A stretch of 33,716 nucleotides of DNA from Armatimonadota bacterium. Its GTDB lineage: Bacteria; Armatimonadota; SYMT01. The notes below the pieces were generated by a model that was given only the letters and a program-made list of their open reading frames with translations, was not told where the DNA came from and ran no database searches. Shown one piece after another: positions 8,872 to 17,004 of the stretch. Made by a program: the position numbers and the translations under genes. The DNA lies in contig JBKBRF010000064.1 of the NCBI GenBank assembly GCA_046292385.1, positions 1 through 33,716 on the forward strand. The letters run 5' to 3'. The first letter of the stretch is position 1, and each line of letters starts with the position of its first letter.

Positions 8872-9264
8872 TTACGCCGCGAGGCTTCTGCGGCCCATAC
8901 TGGCTCCCACAGCAGAAGCAGAGCCGTTCTCGTCACTGGGCGTTACAGGCGTGCCAGTAATCGTGCCTCTCGGCCTGTCGTCCTCATCGAACACCACCAG
9001 CACGCCTTCTTCGTCAGTAGAAGTGCCAATGGTGACCCGGCGAGCCCCACCAGCTCCATCGAGCCGGATACGGGCGCCACCGTCAGCGGCGATAAGGATC
9101 TGCACGCTTACAGAGCCGCTCTCCGGGTTGATCAACTGGAACATCGGCTGATCAACCTCTGCTAGCCCGAGCCAGGCGATACAACGGCCTTCACCGTCTA
9201 CGAACTGGGCCGGGCACTGGATTGTGGTTAGGGGAGCTACATCGTCTTTCTGTTCTTGCTTCAA
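8872..9264 (-). CDS. Hypothetical protein (beta-hairpin-rich)
   Basis: 130-aa ORF with repeated xDxxGxxR-like turns (VDGEGRC, LDGAGGARR, FDEDDRPR), directly followed by a terminator; TTG start uncertain. Confidence 0.55.
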   Translation of the reverse strand: MKQEQKDDVAPLTTIQCPAQFVDGEGRCIAWLGLAEVDQPMFQLINPESGSVSVQILIAADGGARIRLDGAGGARRVTIGTSTDEEGVLVVFDEDDRPRGTITGTPVTPSDENGSASAVGASMGRRSLAA

Positions 9265-9336
9265 GAGTAGTGAGCCTCAGACGCGAGGATGCGCGGGAGG
9301 AGAGGGAAGCCACTCAAAGCGGAGTCTATGCAATTC

Positions 9337-9365
9337 GGCCCTCGATCGTCAACCAATCGAGGGCC
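9337..9365. terminator. Stem-loop downstream of integrase
   Basis: GGCCCTCGAT / ATCGAGGGCC 10-bp stem, 9-nt loop; no strong U-tract. Confidence 0.45.
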
Positions 9366-9398
9366 CGAAGCTCGAAAATCTGTTCGATAGCGGTGCCC

Positions 9399-10388
9399 TC
9401 ACTTCCGCTTCAGCCGATCGGCAGGGGAGAACTGCCGGTGCTGGCTCTCGATGTCCGCCTGCGCGAGCGCCACGTACCGATTCACCATCACCAGCGACGT
9501 GTGCCCCAACAGCTCCTTCAGGGTGAAGACGTTGCCCCCGTTCCGCAGGAAGCTGATCGCGAAGGTGTGCCGGAAGGTATGCGGGGAGCAGCGGACCGTG
9601 TCGATGTTGGCCCTGCCCCCGAGCCGCGCGATCAGCGCGTGCATGCCGTCCCGGGTGAGTGGCTCTCCCGCTTCCCGTCCGCGGTTGGATGCGAAGAGTG
9701 CGTCTTCGGGCTCCTTCGGCATGTCCCGCAAGTACGCGAAGAAAGCCTTGGCCACCTTCCGGCCGAACGGGAGCGTCCGCTCCTTGCCGCCCTTGCCGAC
9801 CACCCTGACCCGCCGACCCGTCAGGTCGAGATCCTGTGTCCGGATGCGGCACGTCTCGCTGACGCGAGCCCCAGTGTCGAGCAGGAAGAGCAGGATCGCC
9901 TCGTCCCGCTTCGGGTCGGACGACTTGCCGGCCGCGGTGAGCAGCGCATTGACCTGCTCCTCGCTGAATGGCTGGATTTGGTCCCGCCGCACCACGGGCG
10001 CGGTGAGCGACTCCATCGGGGAGGCTTCGAGCTCGCCTTCCTGCACCACGAAGCCGAAGAAGGTGTGGAGCAGGCGGTAGTAGGCGGCGACCGTGCCGGC
10101 CTTCACGGGCCGGGTATTCCGCGGGTTGCCCCAGCGGCCGGCGGGGTCCTCGTGGCCGCGGTTGACGTAGGCCAGGAAGGCGCGCAGCTCGGCCTTCCCG
10201 CAGGCGTCCCGCTCGGTGTGGCGGAGCCACCACACGAACTTGTCGGCGAAGGCTTGCCGCTCTTCCAGCGTACGCTTCGAGAGCGAGCGAACTTCCCCGT
10301 CTAGCACCCAGCTATTGAGCAGACCCTCCGCGTCGCGGCGCGATAGTGAGGAATCTACAGTCCTGAATACAGGTGGTCTTTTTGGCAT
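9399..10388 (-). CDS. Tyrosine recombinase / phage integrase
   Basis: Catalytic residues present: TGARVSE (R), GKGGKER (K), HTFRH (HxxR), LLGH (H), VNRY (Y); adjacent to tRNA 3' end. Confidence 0.95.
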   Translation of the reverse strand: MPKRPPVFRTVDSSLSRRDAEGLLNSWVLDGEVRSLSKRTLEERQAFADKFVWWLRHTERDACGKAELRAFLAYVNRGHEDPAGRWGNPRNTRPVKAGTVAAYYRLLHTFFGFVVQEGELEASPMESLTAPVVRRDQIQPFSEEQVNALLTAAGKSSDPKRDEAILLFLLDTGARVSETCRIRTQDLDLTGRRVRVVGKGGKERTLPFGRKVAKAFFAYLRDMPKEPEDALFASNRGREAGEPLTRDGMHALIARLGGRANIDTVRCSPHTFRHTFAISFLRNGGNVFTLKELLGHTSLVMVNRYVALAQADIESQHRQFSPADRLKRK

Positions 10389-10480
10389 TCTGTCCTCTCT
10401 CCGGTGGGGTAGGGAGGACAGCGGAAGCCCTAACAGGTGGCTATTTTAGGCACGAATTGCCGTCGTGCCGGGCGATGGGA

Positions 10481-10552
10481 TGGGCAGTGAGGGACTTGAA
10501 CCCCCGACCACCTGTGTGTAAGACAGGCGCTCTACCACTGAGCTAACTGCCC
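10481..10552 (-). tRNA. tRNA-Val (anticodon TAC), CCA not encoded
   Basis: GGGCAGTTAGCTCAGTGGTAGAGCGCCTGTCTTACACACAGGTGGTCGGGGGTTCAAGTCCCTCACTGCCCA folds as a cloverleaf; anticodon loop CTTACAC; TTCAA T-loop. Confidence 0.97.
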
Positions 10553-10567
10553 GCGGCCGACCCCGGT

Positions 10568-10596
10568 ATTCTAGCGTCCGCGCTCAACTTCCGCAA
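10568..10596 (-). promoter_or_regulatory. Sigma70-type promoter of tRNA-Val
   Basis: TTGCGG - 17 bp - TAGAAT ending 15 nt upstream of the tRNA 5' end. Confidence 0.7.
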
Positions 10597-10770
10597 CGGT
10601 CTTCCTCGCTCGGGGCGGGGCCGCGTGAGCCACGTGCTGGCATGGCGGTCGCGGAGCCGGCGCGGGTGGCAGGGTGCGCGGCCTCCTCCGGAAGTAGGAG
10701 GAGCTGGCTCCACCGCGCGGCCGATAATCCGTCCATCCCGTGCTGCCCTCTCAGCGTCGACGCGCTTCGG

Positions 10771-11058
10771 ATGCCGGCCTACCTGAACCCAGTCAGCAAT
10801 CGCGAGCACTCCACCTTCACCTGGTGCGGCAACTGCCAGCGCGTGGCCGCGACCCGAGAGTGGGACGCGCACTGGTGGCACTGCCCCGCCTGCGGTGCGG
10901 GCGCCGGCACCGCGCTGCCCTGGGAGCACCTTCGGCGGGAGAATCCCAGCTACCCCTCCCATCCCCGGGTGAACGCCCGCTATCGTGCGGGCGCTCGACC
11001 GGACCGCGACTCGATGCCGTGGACCATGCGCCGCCGGCGCCGCTGCTTCGACGCCTGA
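10771..11058 (+). CDS. Small zinc-ribbon hypothetical protein
   Basis: WCGNC...WHCPAC two CxxC motifs; ATG 10771 preferred over 10642. Confidence 0.6.
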   Translation: MPAYLNPVSNREHSTFTWCGNCQRVAATREWDAHWWHCPACGAGAGTALPWEHLRRENPSYPSHPRVNARYRAGARPDRDSMPWTMRRRRRCFDA

Positions 11059-11514
11059 GCCGGAGAGTCGCCCCTCCTCCGGCAGCTGGCACGCTCGGCG
11101 GACTCCGAGGACGCGGGGGGCGAGCGGATCGAGACGCGCGAAACCAGACCACAGATTCAAATGTTGCTCAGTTCCACAATCTCCACCAGGCATGGAAGGT
11201 TGTCGGGCGTATTGCGCTGAACCGTCTCCGTGGCAATCTGCCGAATGGTCGCTTGCCGAGTCCCCACTGCATCCTCCCGCTGGAGTCTCCAGCATGCTAC
11301 GCCCTCACCCCCAGGCCGCTCCTGCTGTACGCGGAGATGCTCATCCTCCTCGCGGGCGCCGTGCATCGGGTACCGCTGCGGCCTCACCGATCGGATGGCA
11401 TGACCCTCCTCGGATTGCATTACCCCACAAATCGACCTTGAGGTGGAAGGGTAAGCCCGCGTGTCTGGGTATCCCTTTACCACGCCCACGATGCCACTCC
11501 CGATGAATTTGCCT

Positions 11515-11952
11515 ATGCCTCAGACCGTGCTGGTAGTGGAGGATGAGCCACTGACCCGAGCCGCCCTGCGCCAGCTCGTAGAGCAGAGCGGAGGCGTGCC
11601 CGCGCTCGCGACTGACGGCGGCGAGGCGCTCTCCTGGCTCGCGAGCCACCCGCTGCCGCGGCTGATCCTGCTCGACCTCGTGATGCCGGGGATGGGCGGC
11701 GAAGAGGTGTTGGCGCAGTTGGGCAGTCATCCGGAGTGGTCCCGGATCCCGATCGTGGTAATCTCCGGGACCCGGCTTACGCTGAGCTCCCCGCAGGTCT
11801 GCGAGGTGATCCTGAAGCCGTTCCTCCCCGAAGACGTGCGCCGCGCTATCCGGGCGCACGGCATCGACCCGGTCAGCGAGGAGGCGCCGCACTCTCACCC
11901 GTGCCGTACCGCTCGCGGAGCTGCTCCAGAAAGGCGCGGGCGCCGGCGCTGA
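11515..11952 (+). CDS. Single-domain response regulator (receiver)
   Basis: VLVVEDE, ILLDLVMPGMGG, VVISG, LKPF motifs. Confidence 0.85.
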   Translation: MPQTVLVVEDEPLTRAALRQLVEQSGGVPALATDGGEALSWLASHPLPRLILLDLVMPGMGGEEVLAQLGSHPEWSRIPIVVISGTRLTLSSPQVCEVILKPFLPEDVRRAIRAHGIDPVSEEAPHSHPCRTARGAAPERRGRRR

Positions 11953-12781
11953 GATAGCGGTCGGTGCGATGGCAGAGCGACGTGGTGCGGCGCAGCGTCG
12001 GGAGGCCCCGGACCTTCAACCGCCGCAGCTCCCCGGAGGCCAGCTCCGCCTCCACCACGGCGGCCGGGAGAAACGAGGCGCCGAGGCCCACCTGCACGAA
12101 GCTCTTCACCGCCTCCACGCTGTCGCTCTCCATCTTCACGCGGGCCGCAAGCCCCGCGGTCCGCAGCGCCTGGTCCACATAGCCGCGGAACCCCGTCCCC
12201 GGGGCGAAGAGGATCAAGGGGAGCGTGCCGAAGTCGCCCGGGGAGAGGTCTCGTTCCGGCGCCGCCTCCCGCCGCGCCACCAGCACGATCTCCTCGTCGA
12301 AGAGCGCCTCCAGCCGCAGCTCGGGATACTCCACCCGGGAGGTCACCAGCCCGAGGTCGATCTCCCGCTCCAGCGCCATCCGCGCCACCTCGCGGCTGCG
12401 GCCGGTGCGGACGAGCACGTCGACTCCGGGATACTGCTCCCGGAAGGCGCGCAGCCACTCCGGCAGGCGGAAGATGCTGGTGGTGACGCCCGCGCCCAGC
12501 ACCAGGCGCCCGCTGACTCCGCGCTGGAGGTCGGCCACCGCGATCTGCGCCTCGTCCAGCAGCGCCAGGCTGCGCTGGGCGTAGTCCCGCAGGGCGGCGC
12601 CCGCTTCCGTGAGCCGCATGCCGCGCTCGGTCCGCTCGAAGAGCCGGGCGCTGCACTCCCGCTCCAGCGCCTGGATGTGGCGGGTCACGGCCGGCTGGGT
12701 GAGGCAGAGCTCCTCCGCGGCGCGTGTTACGCTTCCCTGGTGCGCCACCTGCAGAAAGCTGCGTAGCTGGGAAAGCTCCAT
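11873..12781 (-). CDS. LysR-family transcriptional regulator
   Basis: MELSQLRSF...GSVTRAAEELCLTQPAVTRHIQALE...LFER...LTEAG helix-turn-helix plus substrate-binding domain. Confidence 0.95.
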   Translation of the reverse strand: MELSQLRSFLQVAHQGSVTRAAEELCLTQPAVTRHIQALERECSARLFERTERGMRLTEAGAALRDYAQRSLALLDEAQIAVADLQRGVSGRLVLGAGVTTSIFRLPEWLRAFREQYPGVDVLVRTGRSREVARMALEREIDLGLVTSRVEYPELRLEALFDEEIVLVARREAAPERDLSPGDFGTLPLILFAPGTGFRGYVDQALRTAGLAARVKMESDSVEAVKSFVQVGLGASFLPAAVVEAELASGELRRLKVRGLPTLRRTTSLCHRTDRYLSAGARAFLEQLRERYGTGESAAPPR

Positions 12782-12870
12782 CGGGTCCTCCGGCAGGATG
12801 GGTGCACGGGCGCCGGCCATCAGCGTACCTGAGCGCTGGCGGTTGGATCTCGCGCAGCGGTATGCCGCCA

Positions 12871-12889
12871 CCGTATGGAAACGATACGG
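12871..12889. promoter_or_regulatory. Putative LysR recognition site
   Basis: Dyad CCGTAT-ggaaacg-ATACGG containing T-N11-A, between divergent lysR and purA. Confidence 0.6.
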
Positions 12890-12960
12890 ATTATTCACCT
12901 GACTTATATCGCGGTTCCCGGTAGAACGAGCCTGTTGTCTGTGGAACCGGAGGAGTGGCG

Positions 12961-14238
12961 ATGAGTGTGACCGCCGTCGTAGGCGCCAACTGGGGAGATG
13001 AGGGGAAGGGAAAGATCACGGACTGCCTCGCGGCCGAGGCCGACTTCGTGGTGCGCTTCCAGGGCGGCAACAACGCCGGCCACACCATCATCAATCACTA
13101 CGGCAAGTTCGCGCTGCATCTGCTGCCGTCCGGCGTCTTCTACCCGCACACCGTCAACGTGCTGGGGCCCGGCGTGGCGGTGAACGTGAAGGCGCTGGCG
13201 AAGGAGCTGGGCGAGCTGGCGGCGCGGAACGTGCCGGCGCCCCAGGTGCGTGTCTCCAACCGCGCCCAGGTGGTGATGCCGTACCACATCATGCTCGACG
13301 CGTACGAGGAGGAGCGGCTGGCGGGCCGGAGCTTCGGCTCCACCAAGAACGGCATCGCGCCGTTCTACGCGGACAAGTTCGCGAAGGTCGGCGTGCAGGT
13401 CTGCGATCTCTTCGATGAGGGCCGGCTGCTCCAGCGGCTCGAGTCGGCGCTGGCGCCGAAGAACGTCCTCTTCGAGCACCTCTACGGAAAGCCGAAGGTC
13501 GATCCGCGGGAGCTGCTGCCGGAGCTGCGCGAGGCGGCGGAGGCGGTGCGGCCCTACGTCTGCGATACCACCTCGCTGCTTCACGACGCCCTGCGCGGCG
13601 GCAGGCGGATCGTGCTGGAAGGACAGCTCGGCGCGCTGCGAGACCCGGACCACGGCATCTACCCGTATCCCACCTCGTCGTCGCCGCTCGCCGGATTCGC
13701 TTCGGTGGGGGCCGGTCTGCCGCCGCACGCCATCAGCCGCATCGTGGCGGTGGTGAAGGCCTACTCGAGCTGCGTCGGCGCCGGGCCGTTCGTGGCGGAG
13801 ATCGACGGCGAGGAGGCGCACGAGCTGCGGGAGCGCGGCGGCGACAAGGGCGAGTACGGCGCCACGACCGGCCGTCCGCGCCGGATGGGCTGGTTCGATG
13901 CGGTCGCCACCCGGTACGGCTGCCGGGTGCAGGGTGCCACCGAAGTGGCGCTGACGCTGCTCGACGTGCTCTCCTACCGGGACGAGATCCCGCTCTGCAC
14001 CGCCTACGAGGTCGACGGAGTGCGGACCGAGACGTTCCCGGTCCCCGCGGCGATCGACCGCGCGAAGCCGCTCTACGAGTCGATGCCCGGCTGGAAGACC
14101 GACATCACCGGCGTCCGCAGCTTCGCGGAGCTGCCGGAGGCGGCGCGCGCCTACGTGGAGCGCGTGGAGCAGCTGATCGAGGTGCCGGTCCGCTGGGTCT
14201 CCGTCGGCCCCAGCCGCGACGCCCTGATCCACCGCTAA
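12961..14238 (+). CDS. purA: Adenylosuccinate synthetase
   Basis: GANWGDEGKGK, RFQGGNNAGHT, LHLLPSG, GSTKNGIAP, EYGATTGRPRRMGWFD, VSVGP motifs; GGAGG RBS. Confidence 0.96.
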   Translation: MSVTAVVGANWGDEGKGKITDCLAAEADFVVRFQGGNNAGHTIINHYGKFALHLLPSGVFYPHTVNVLGPGVAVNVKALAKELGELAARNVPAPQVRVSNRAQVVMPYHIMLDAYEEERLAGRSFGSTKNGIAPFYADKFAKVGVQVCDLFDEGRLLQRLESALAPKNVLFEHLYGKPKVDPRELLPELREAAEAVRPYVCDTTSLLHDALRGGRRIVLEGQLGALRDPDHGIYPYPTSSSPLAGFASVGAGLPPHAISRIVAVVKAYSSCVGAGPFVAEIDGEEAHELRERGGDKGEYGATTGRPRRMGWFDAVATRYGCRVQGATEVALTLLDVLSYRDEIPLCTAYEVDGVRTETFPVPAAIDRAKPLYESMPGWKTDITGVRSFAELPEAARAYVERVEQLIEVPVRWVSVGPSRDALIHR

Positions 14239-14252
14239 CTACGTGTTCCAGA

Positions 14253-14362
14253 CCGGGGCGCAGCTCGCCCCGGAGGGGCGGGAGAAGGTAGCCGGGGGCG
14301 GAAGCACAGCGCCGCCCCCGGACTCTTTCCGGCACCCGCGGCCGCCCCGGGAGGGGCGGGAG
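14253..14362. repeat. Cluster of GC-rich palindromes / probable bidirectional terminator between convergent genes
   Basis: Hairpins at 14253-14273, 14292-14321 (10-bp stem then ACTCTTT) and 14342-14359; direct repeat CGCCCCGG(G)AGGGGCGGGAG at 14266 and 14343. Confidence 0.6.
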
Positions 14363-14379
14363 GACCCGACGGAACCGGG

Positions 14380-15912
14380 CTAATCCTCGCTCGCGGGTCG
14401 CAGCCGCAGCCCCCGGGGCACCACCAGGCGCTCCAGCAGGTCGAACGCCCCCTGCACCAGCAGCGCCAGTACCGCGGCGGCGCCCGCCCCCATCAGCACC
14501 AGTCCGGTGTTCGCCGTCTGGATCCCGGTCCAGATCGGATCGCCCAGGCCGCCCGCGCCGATCAGCCCGCCCAGCGTGGCGGTCCCGACGTTGATGACGG
14601 CGCTCGTCTTCAGCCCCGCCATGATCGCCGGGGAGGCGAGCGGCAGCTCCACCCGCCGGAGCGAGGCGGTGGGGGAGAGGCCGAGCGCCTCCGCCGATTC
14701 CCGCAGGGGGAGCGGGATCGTGGTGAGGCCGACGTAGGTGTTGCGGACGATCGGCAGCAGGCTGTAGAGGAAGAGCGCCGCGATGGCGGGAGGCTGCTCC
14801 ATCCCCAGCACCGGGATCAGGAACGCCAGCAGCGCGAGCGAGGGGATCGTCTGGATCACCCCCGTCAGGGTGAGCGTTACCCGCCCCAGCGGTCGCGAGC
14901 GGGCGGCGCCGATCCCGAGCGGGATCCCCAGCAGCGCCGCCGCGAGGAGCGAGACGGCGACGAGCACCAGGTGCTCGCCCGTCTTGCGCAGGAGGTAGGC
15001 CGCGGGGGAGGGGCGGCGCGCGGCGACGCGCGGAGCGCCGTCGGGCAGGGCGGCCCCGATCAGTGCCGCGGCGGCCGACTCGTAGCTCTGCTTCTTCAGC
15101 TCTACCAGCCCGTTGGCCCGGATCATCTCCGCTTCCGAGATCCGGCCGACGAGACGCTGCATCGACTCCCACGCCCCCGGAGCGCGCCGGGGGAGGTCGA
15201 GCCGGTAGAGGATCACGGCATCGTAGCGGGGGAAGAAGCCGCGGTCATCCTCCAGCAGCCGGAGGTCCAGCGCCTCGATCCGGGCGTCGGTGGTGTAGAT
15301 CTCCATCGCGTCGATCTGCCCGGTCCGGACCGCCTCGTACGCGAGTGCGTGCTCCATGCCGCGGACGCTGCGGTGGGGGAGGCCGTACGCTGCCGAAAGG
15401 CCGGGCCAGCCGTCCTGACGCTCCAGGAACTCGTGCGTGAAGCCGAGGCGCAGCCCCGGGTGCTCTCGCAGGTCGGAAAGCGTGCGCAGGCCGTACCGCT
15501 CCGCCGTCTCCCGGGTCACGGCCAGCGCATACCCGTTGTTGAAGCCGAGCGGGTCGCTGATGCCGATGCCCTGCGGACGCAGCGCCCCCCGCAGCTCATC
15601 CAGGGTGGGCCGGCCGCGGCTCTTGAGCAGCGACTCCGCGATGGTGCCGGTGTATTCCGGGTAGGCGTCGATCTGGCCCGCCGTGAGCGCGCGGAACACG
15701 AGATCGGTGCCGCCGATGTTCGCCACGTGCCGCGCCCGCGCGCCGCCCTCCCGGGCGAGCATTGCCAGCGCCTCGCCCAGGATCCATGACTCGGCAAACG
15801 CTTTGGAGCCGACCCGCACATTCGGTGGGGTTCTGTCCTGAGCGGGCGCCGGCCCGCACGGGAGCAGCAGGATTGCCAGGGCCGGGAGCAGACGGGAGAG
15901 GCGGCGGATCAC
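14380..15912 (-). CDS. Betaine-type ABC transporter, fused substrate-binding + permease protein (OsmF/EgtU-like; probable ergothioneine/hercynine transporter)
   Basis: Signal peptide, VGSKAFAES, IDAYPEYTGT, GFNNGYALAV, FFPRY binding-domain motifs; QTIPSLAL, ESAEALG (EAA loop), IGAGGLG permease motifs; GTGA overlap with the ATPase stop. Confidence 0.9.
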   Translation of the reverse strand: MIRRLSRLLPALAILLLPCGPAPAQDRTPPNVRVGSKAFAESWILGEALAMLAREGGARARHVANIGGTDLVFRALTAGQIDAYPEYTGTIAESLLKSRGRPTLDELRGALRPQGIGISDPLGFNNGYALAVTRETAERYGLRTLSDLREHPGLRLGFTHEFLERQDGWPGLSAAYGLPHRSVRGMEHALAYEAVRTGQIDAMEIYTTDARIEALDLRLLEDDRGFFPRYDAVILYRLDLPRRAPGAWESMQRLVGRISEAEMIRANGLVELKKQSYESAAAALIGAALPDGAPRVAARRPSPAAYLLRKTGEHLVLVAVSLLAAALLGIPLGIGAARSRPLGRVTLTLTGVIQTIPSLALLAFLIPVLGMEQPPAIAALFLYSLLPIVRNTYVGLTTIPLPLRESAEALGLSPTASLRRVELPLASPAIMAGLKTSAVINVGTATLGGLIGAGGLGDPIWTGIQTANTGLVLMGAGAAAVLALLVQGAFDLLERLVVPRGLRLRPASED

Positions 15913-16652
15913 GCGACCTCCTCCGGCCACCCGCGCCGCTGCGCGGAGATAAACTCCGTCACGTACGGGTCGGCCGGCCGCTCCAGCAGCTCCGAGAGCG
16001 GCCCGGTCTGCAGGACGCGACCCGCTCGCATCAGGCTGATCGTGTCGCCCAGGAACGCCGCCTCCGCCATGTCGTGGGTCACCAGCACCACCGTCTTCCG
16101 GAGGGTGCGGAACAGCTCGCGCAAGTCGTCCTGAAGGCGGGCGCGGACCACCGGATCGAGGGCGCCGAGCGGCTCGTCCATCAGCAGCACCGGCGGGTCG
16201 AGCATCAACGCGCGGACCAGTCCCACCCGCTGCCGCTGGCCGCCGCTGAGCTGCACCGGGTAGCGCTCCAGGCTGTCGGGCGGCAGGTGCACCAGCTCCG
16301 CCATCTCCCGGAGGCGCTTCCGGATCCGCGCCGCGTCCCAGCCCAGGTGCCGGGCGAGCAGCGCGGCGTTCTCACCGGCGCTGAGGTGCGGAAAAAGGCC
16401 GCCGTCCTGGACCACGTACCCCACTCCGTGCCGCAGCTTGCGCGCGGTTTCCGGGCGCACCGGCTCCCCCGCCAGACGAACCGTCCCCCGATCCGGCCGG
16501 ATCAACCCCAGCATCAGGCGCAGCACGGTGCTCTTGCCGCACCCGCTGGGCCCGATCAACACGTGGGTCCGCCCGGCCTCCACCCGCAGGGTCGTCGGCT
16601 CCAGCACCGGCCGCCGGTCGTAGCTCTTACTGACGTGGTCCAGCTCGATCAT
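15909..16652 (-). CDS. ABC transporter ATP-binding subunit (OpuA/EgtV-like)
   Basis: GPSGCGKS Walker A, LSGGQRQR signature, LLMDEP Walker B, VTHD. Confidence 0.95.
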   Translation of the reverse strand: MIELDHVSKSYDRRPVLEPTTLRVEAGRTHVLIGPSGCGKSTVLRLMLGLIRPDRGTVRLAGEPVRPETARKLRHGVGYVVQDGGLFPHLSAGENAALLARHLGWDAARIRKRLREMAELVHLPPDSLERYPVQLSGGQRQRVGLVRALMLDPPVLLMDEPLGALDPVVRARLQDDLRELFRTLRKTVVLVTHDMAEAAFLGDTISLMRAGRVLQTGPLSELLERPADPYVTEFISAQRRGWPEEVA

Positions 16653-16763
16653 TGAGTAGACTGGAGGTGAGTAGCCGGGGAAGAGTTGCGTTTGACTGCT
16701 CCCAGGCGGCGTTATACTCGCCAGAGAACGAGCGGGTCCTCGCCCGCCACATGGTGCGACGTT

Positions 16764-16979
16764 CCGAACATGTAAGAAAAGGAGATAAGGAGATCAGGGA
16801 GATCAGGGGATGGAGCTAGAAGGCAATCTTACGGTGCTCGCTCGAACTCGTGAGGAGAAGAAAACCGGAAACCAGCCCACCCCTACGCTGCCGCAGTGGC
16901 CGCACGACGGGCGTCACGAACCGGAATCCATCCCCCTATCCCCAACCCATCCCCTTATCTCCTCTTCTTACACGTTTGG
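16764..16979. repeat. Long imperfect inverted repeat (purine-rich arm / pyrimidine-rich arm) enclosing ~113 nt
   Basis: 16764-16813 CCGAACATGTAAGAAAAGGAGATAAGG...GGGGATGG pairs with 16927-16979 TCCATCCCC...CCTTATCTCCTCTTCTTACACGTTTGG. Confidence 0.8.
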
Positions 16980-17004
16980 CTTCCGTCCGTCCCCAGTAGA
17001 GACT

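Larger units (their letters stand above)
198..10480. mobile_element. Prophage (siphovirus-like), distal portion: tail module, accessory genes, integrase; integrated at tRNA-Val
   Basis: Gene order tape measure - Dit - tail hub/fibre, then a tyrosine integrase lying just downstream of the 3' end of a tRNA gene; housekeeping genes begin beyond the tRNA. Confidence 0.88.

Noticed and set aside
7100..9398. Diversity-generating retroelement or invertible tail-fibre switch
   Set aside because: No reverse transcriptase or invertase, and I saw no repeat of the tail gene 3' end in the window.
11060..11510. ORFs between the zinc-ribbon gene and the receiver gene
   Set aside because: Several overlapping frames with no motif, RBS or clear codon bias; cannot choose one.
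12961..14238. purA near a prophage as PurZ (2-aminoadenine Z-genome pathway)
   Set aside because: It keeps the catalytic Asp in GDEGKG (PurZ has Ser there), lies on the host side of the tRNA/att, and no dATPase or MazZ-like genes are present.
16692..16718. TTGACT...TATACT promoter for egtD
   Set aside because: Spacer is only 15 bp; plausible but not supportable without TSS data.
16773..16813. CRISPR-like array
   Set aside because: Units are 8-9 nt with no spacers and there are no cas genes; no CRISPR array seen anywhere in the window.
16810..17004. 65-aa N-terminal extension of EgtD
   Set aside because: It translates the repeat element (low-complexity PIPLSPTHP-like sequence); EgtD similarity begins after ATG 17005.
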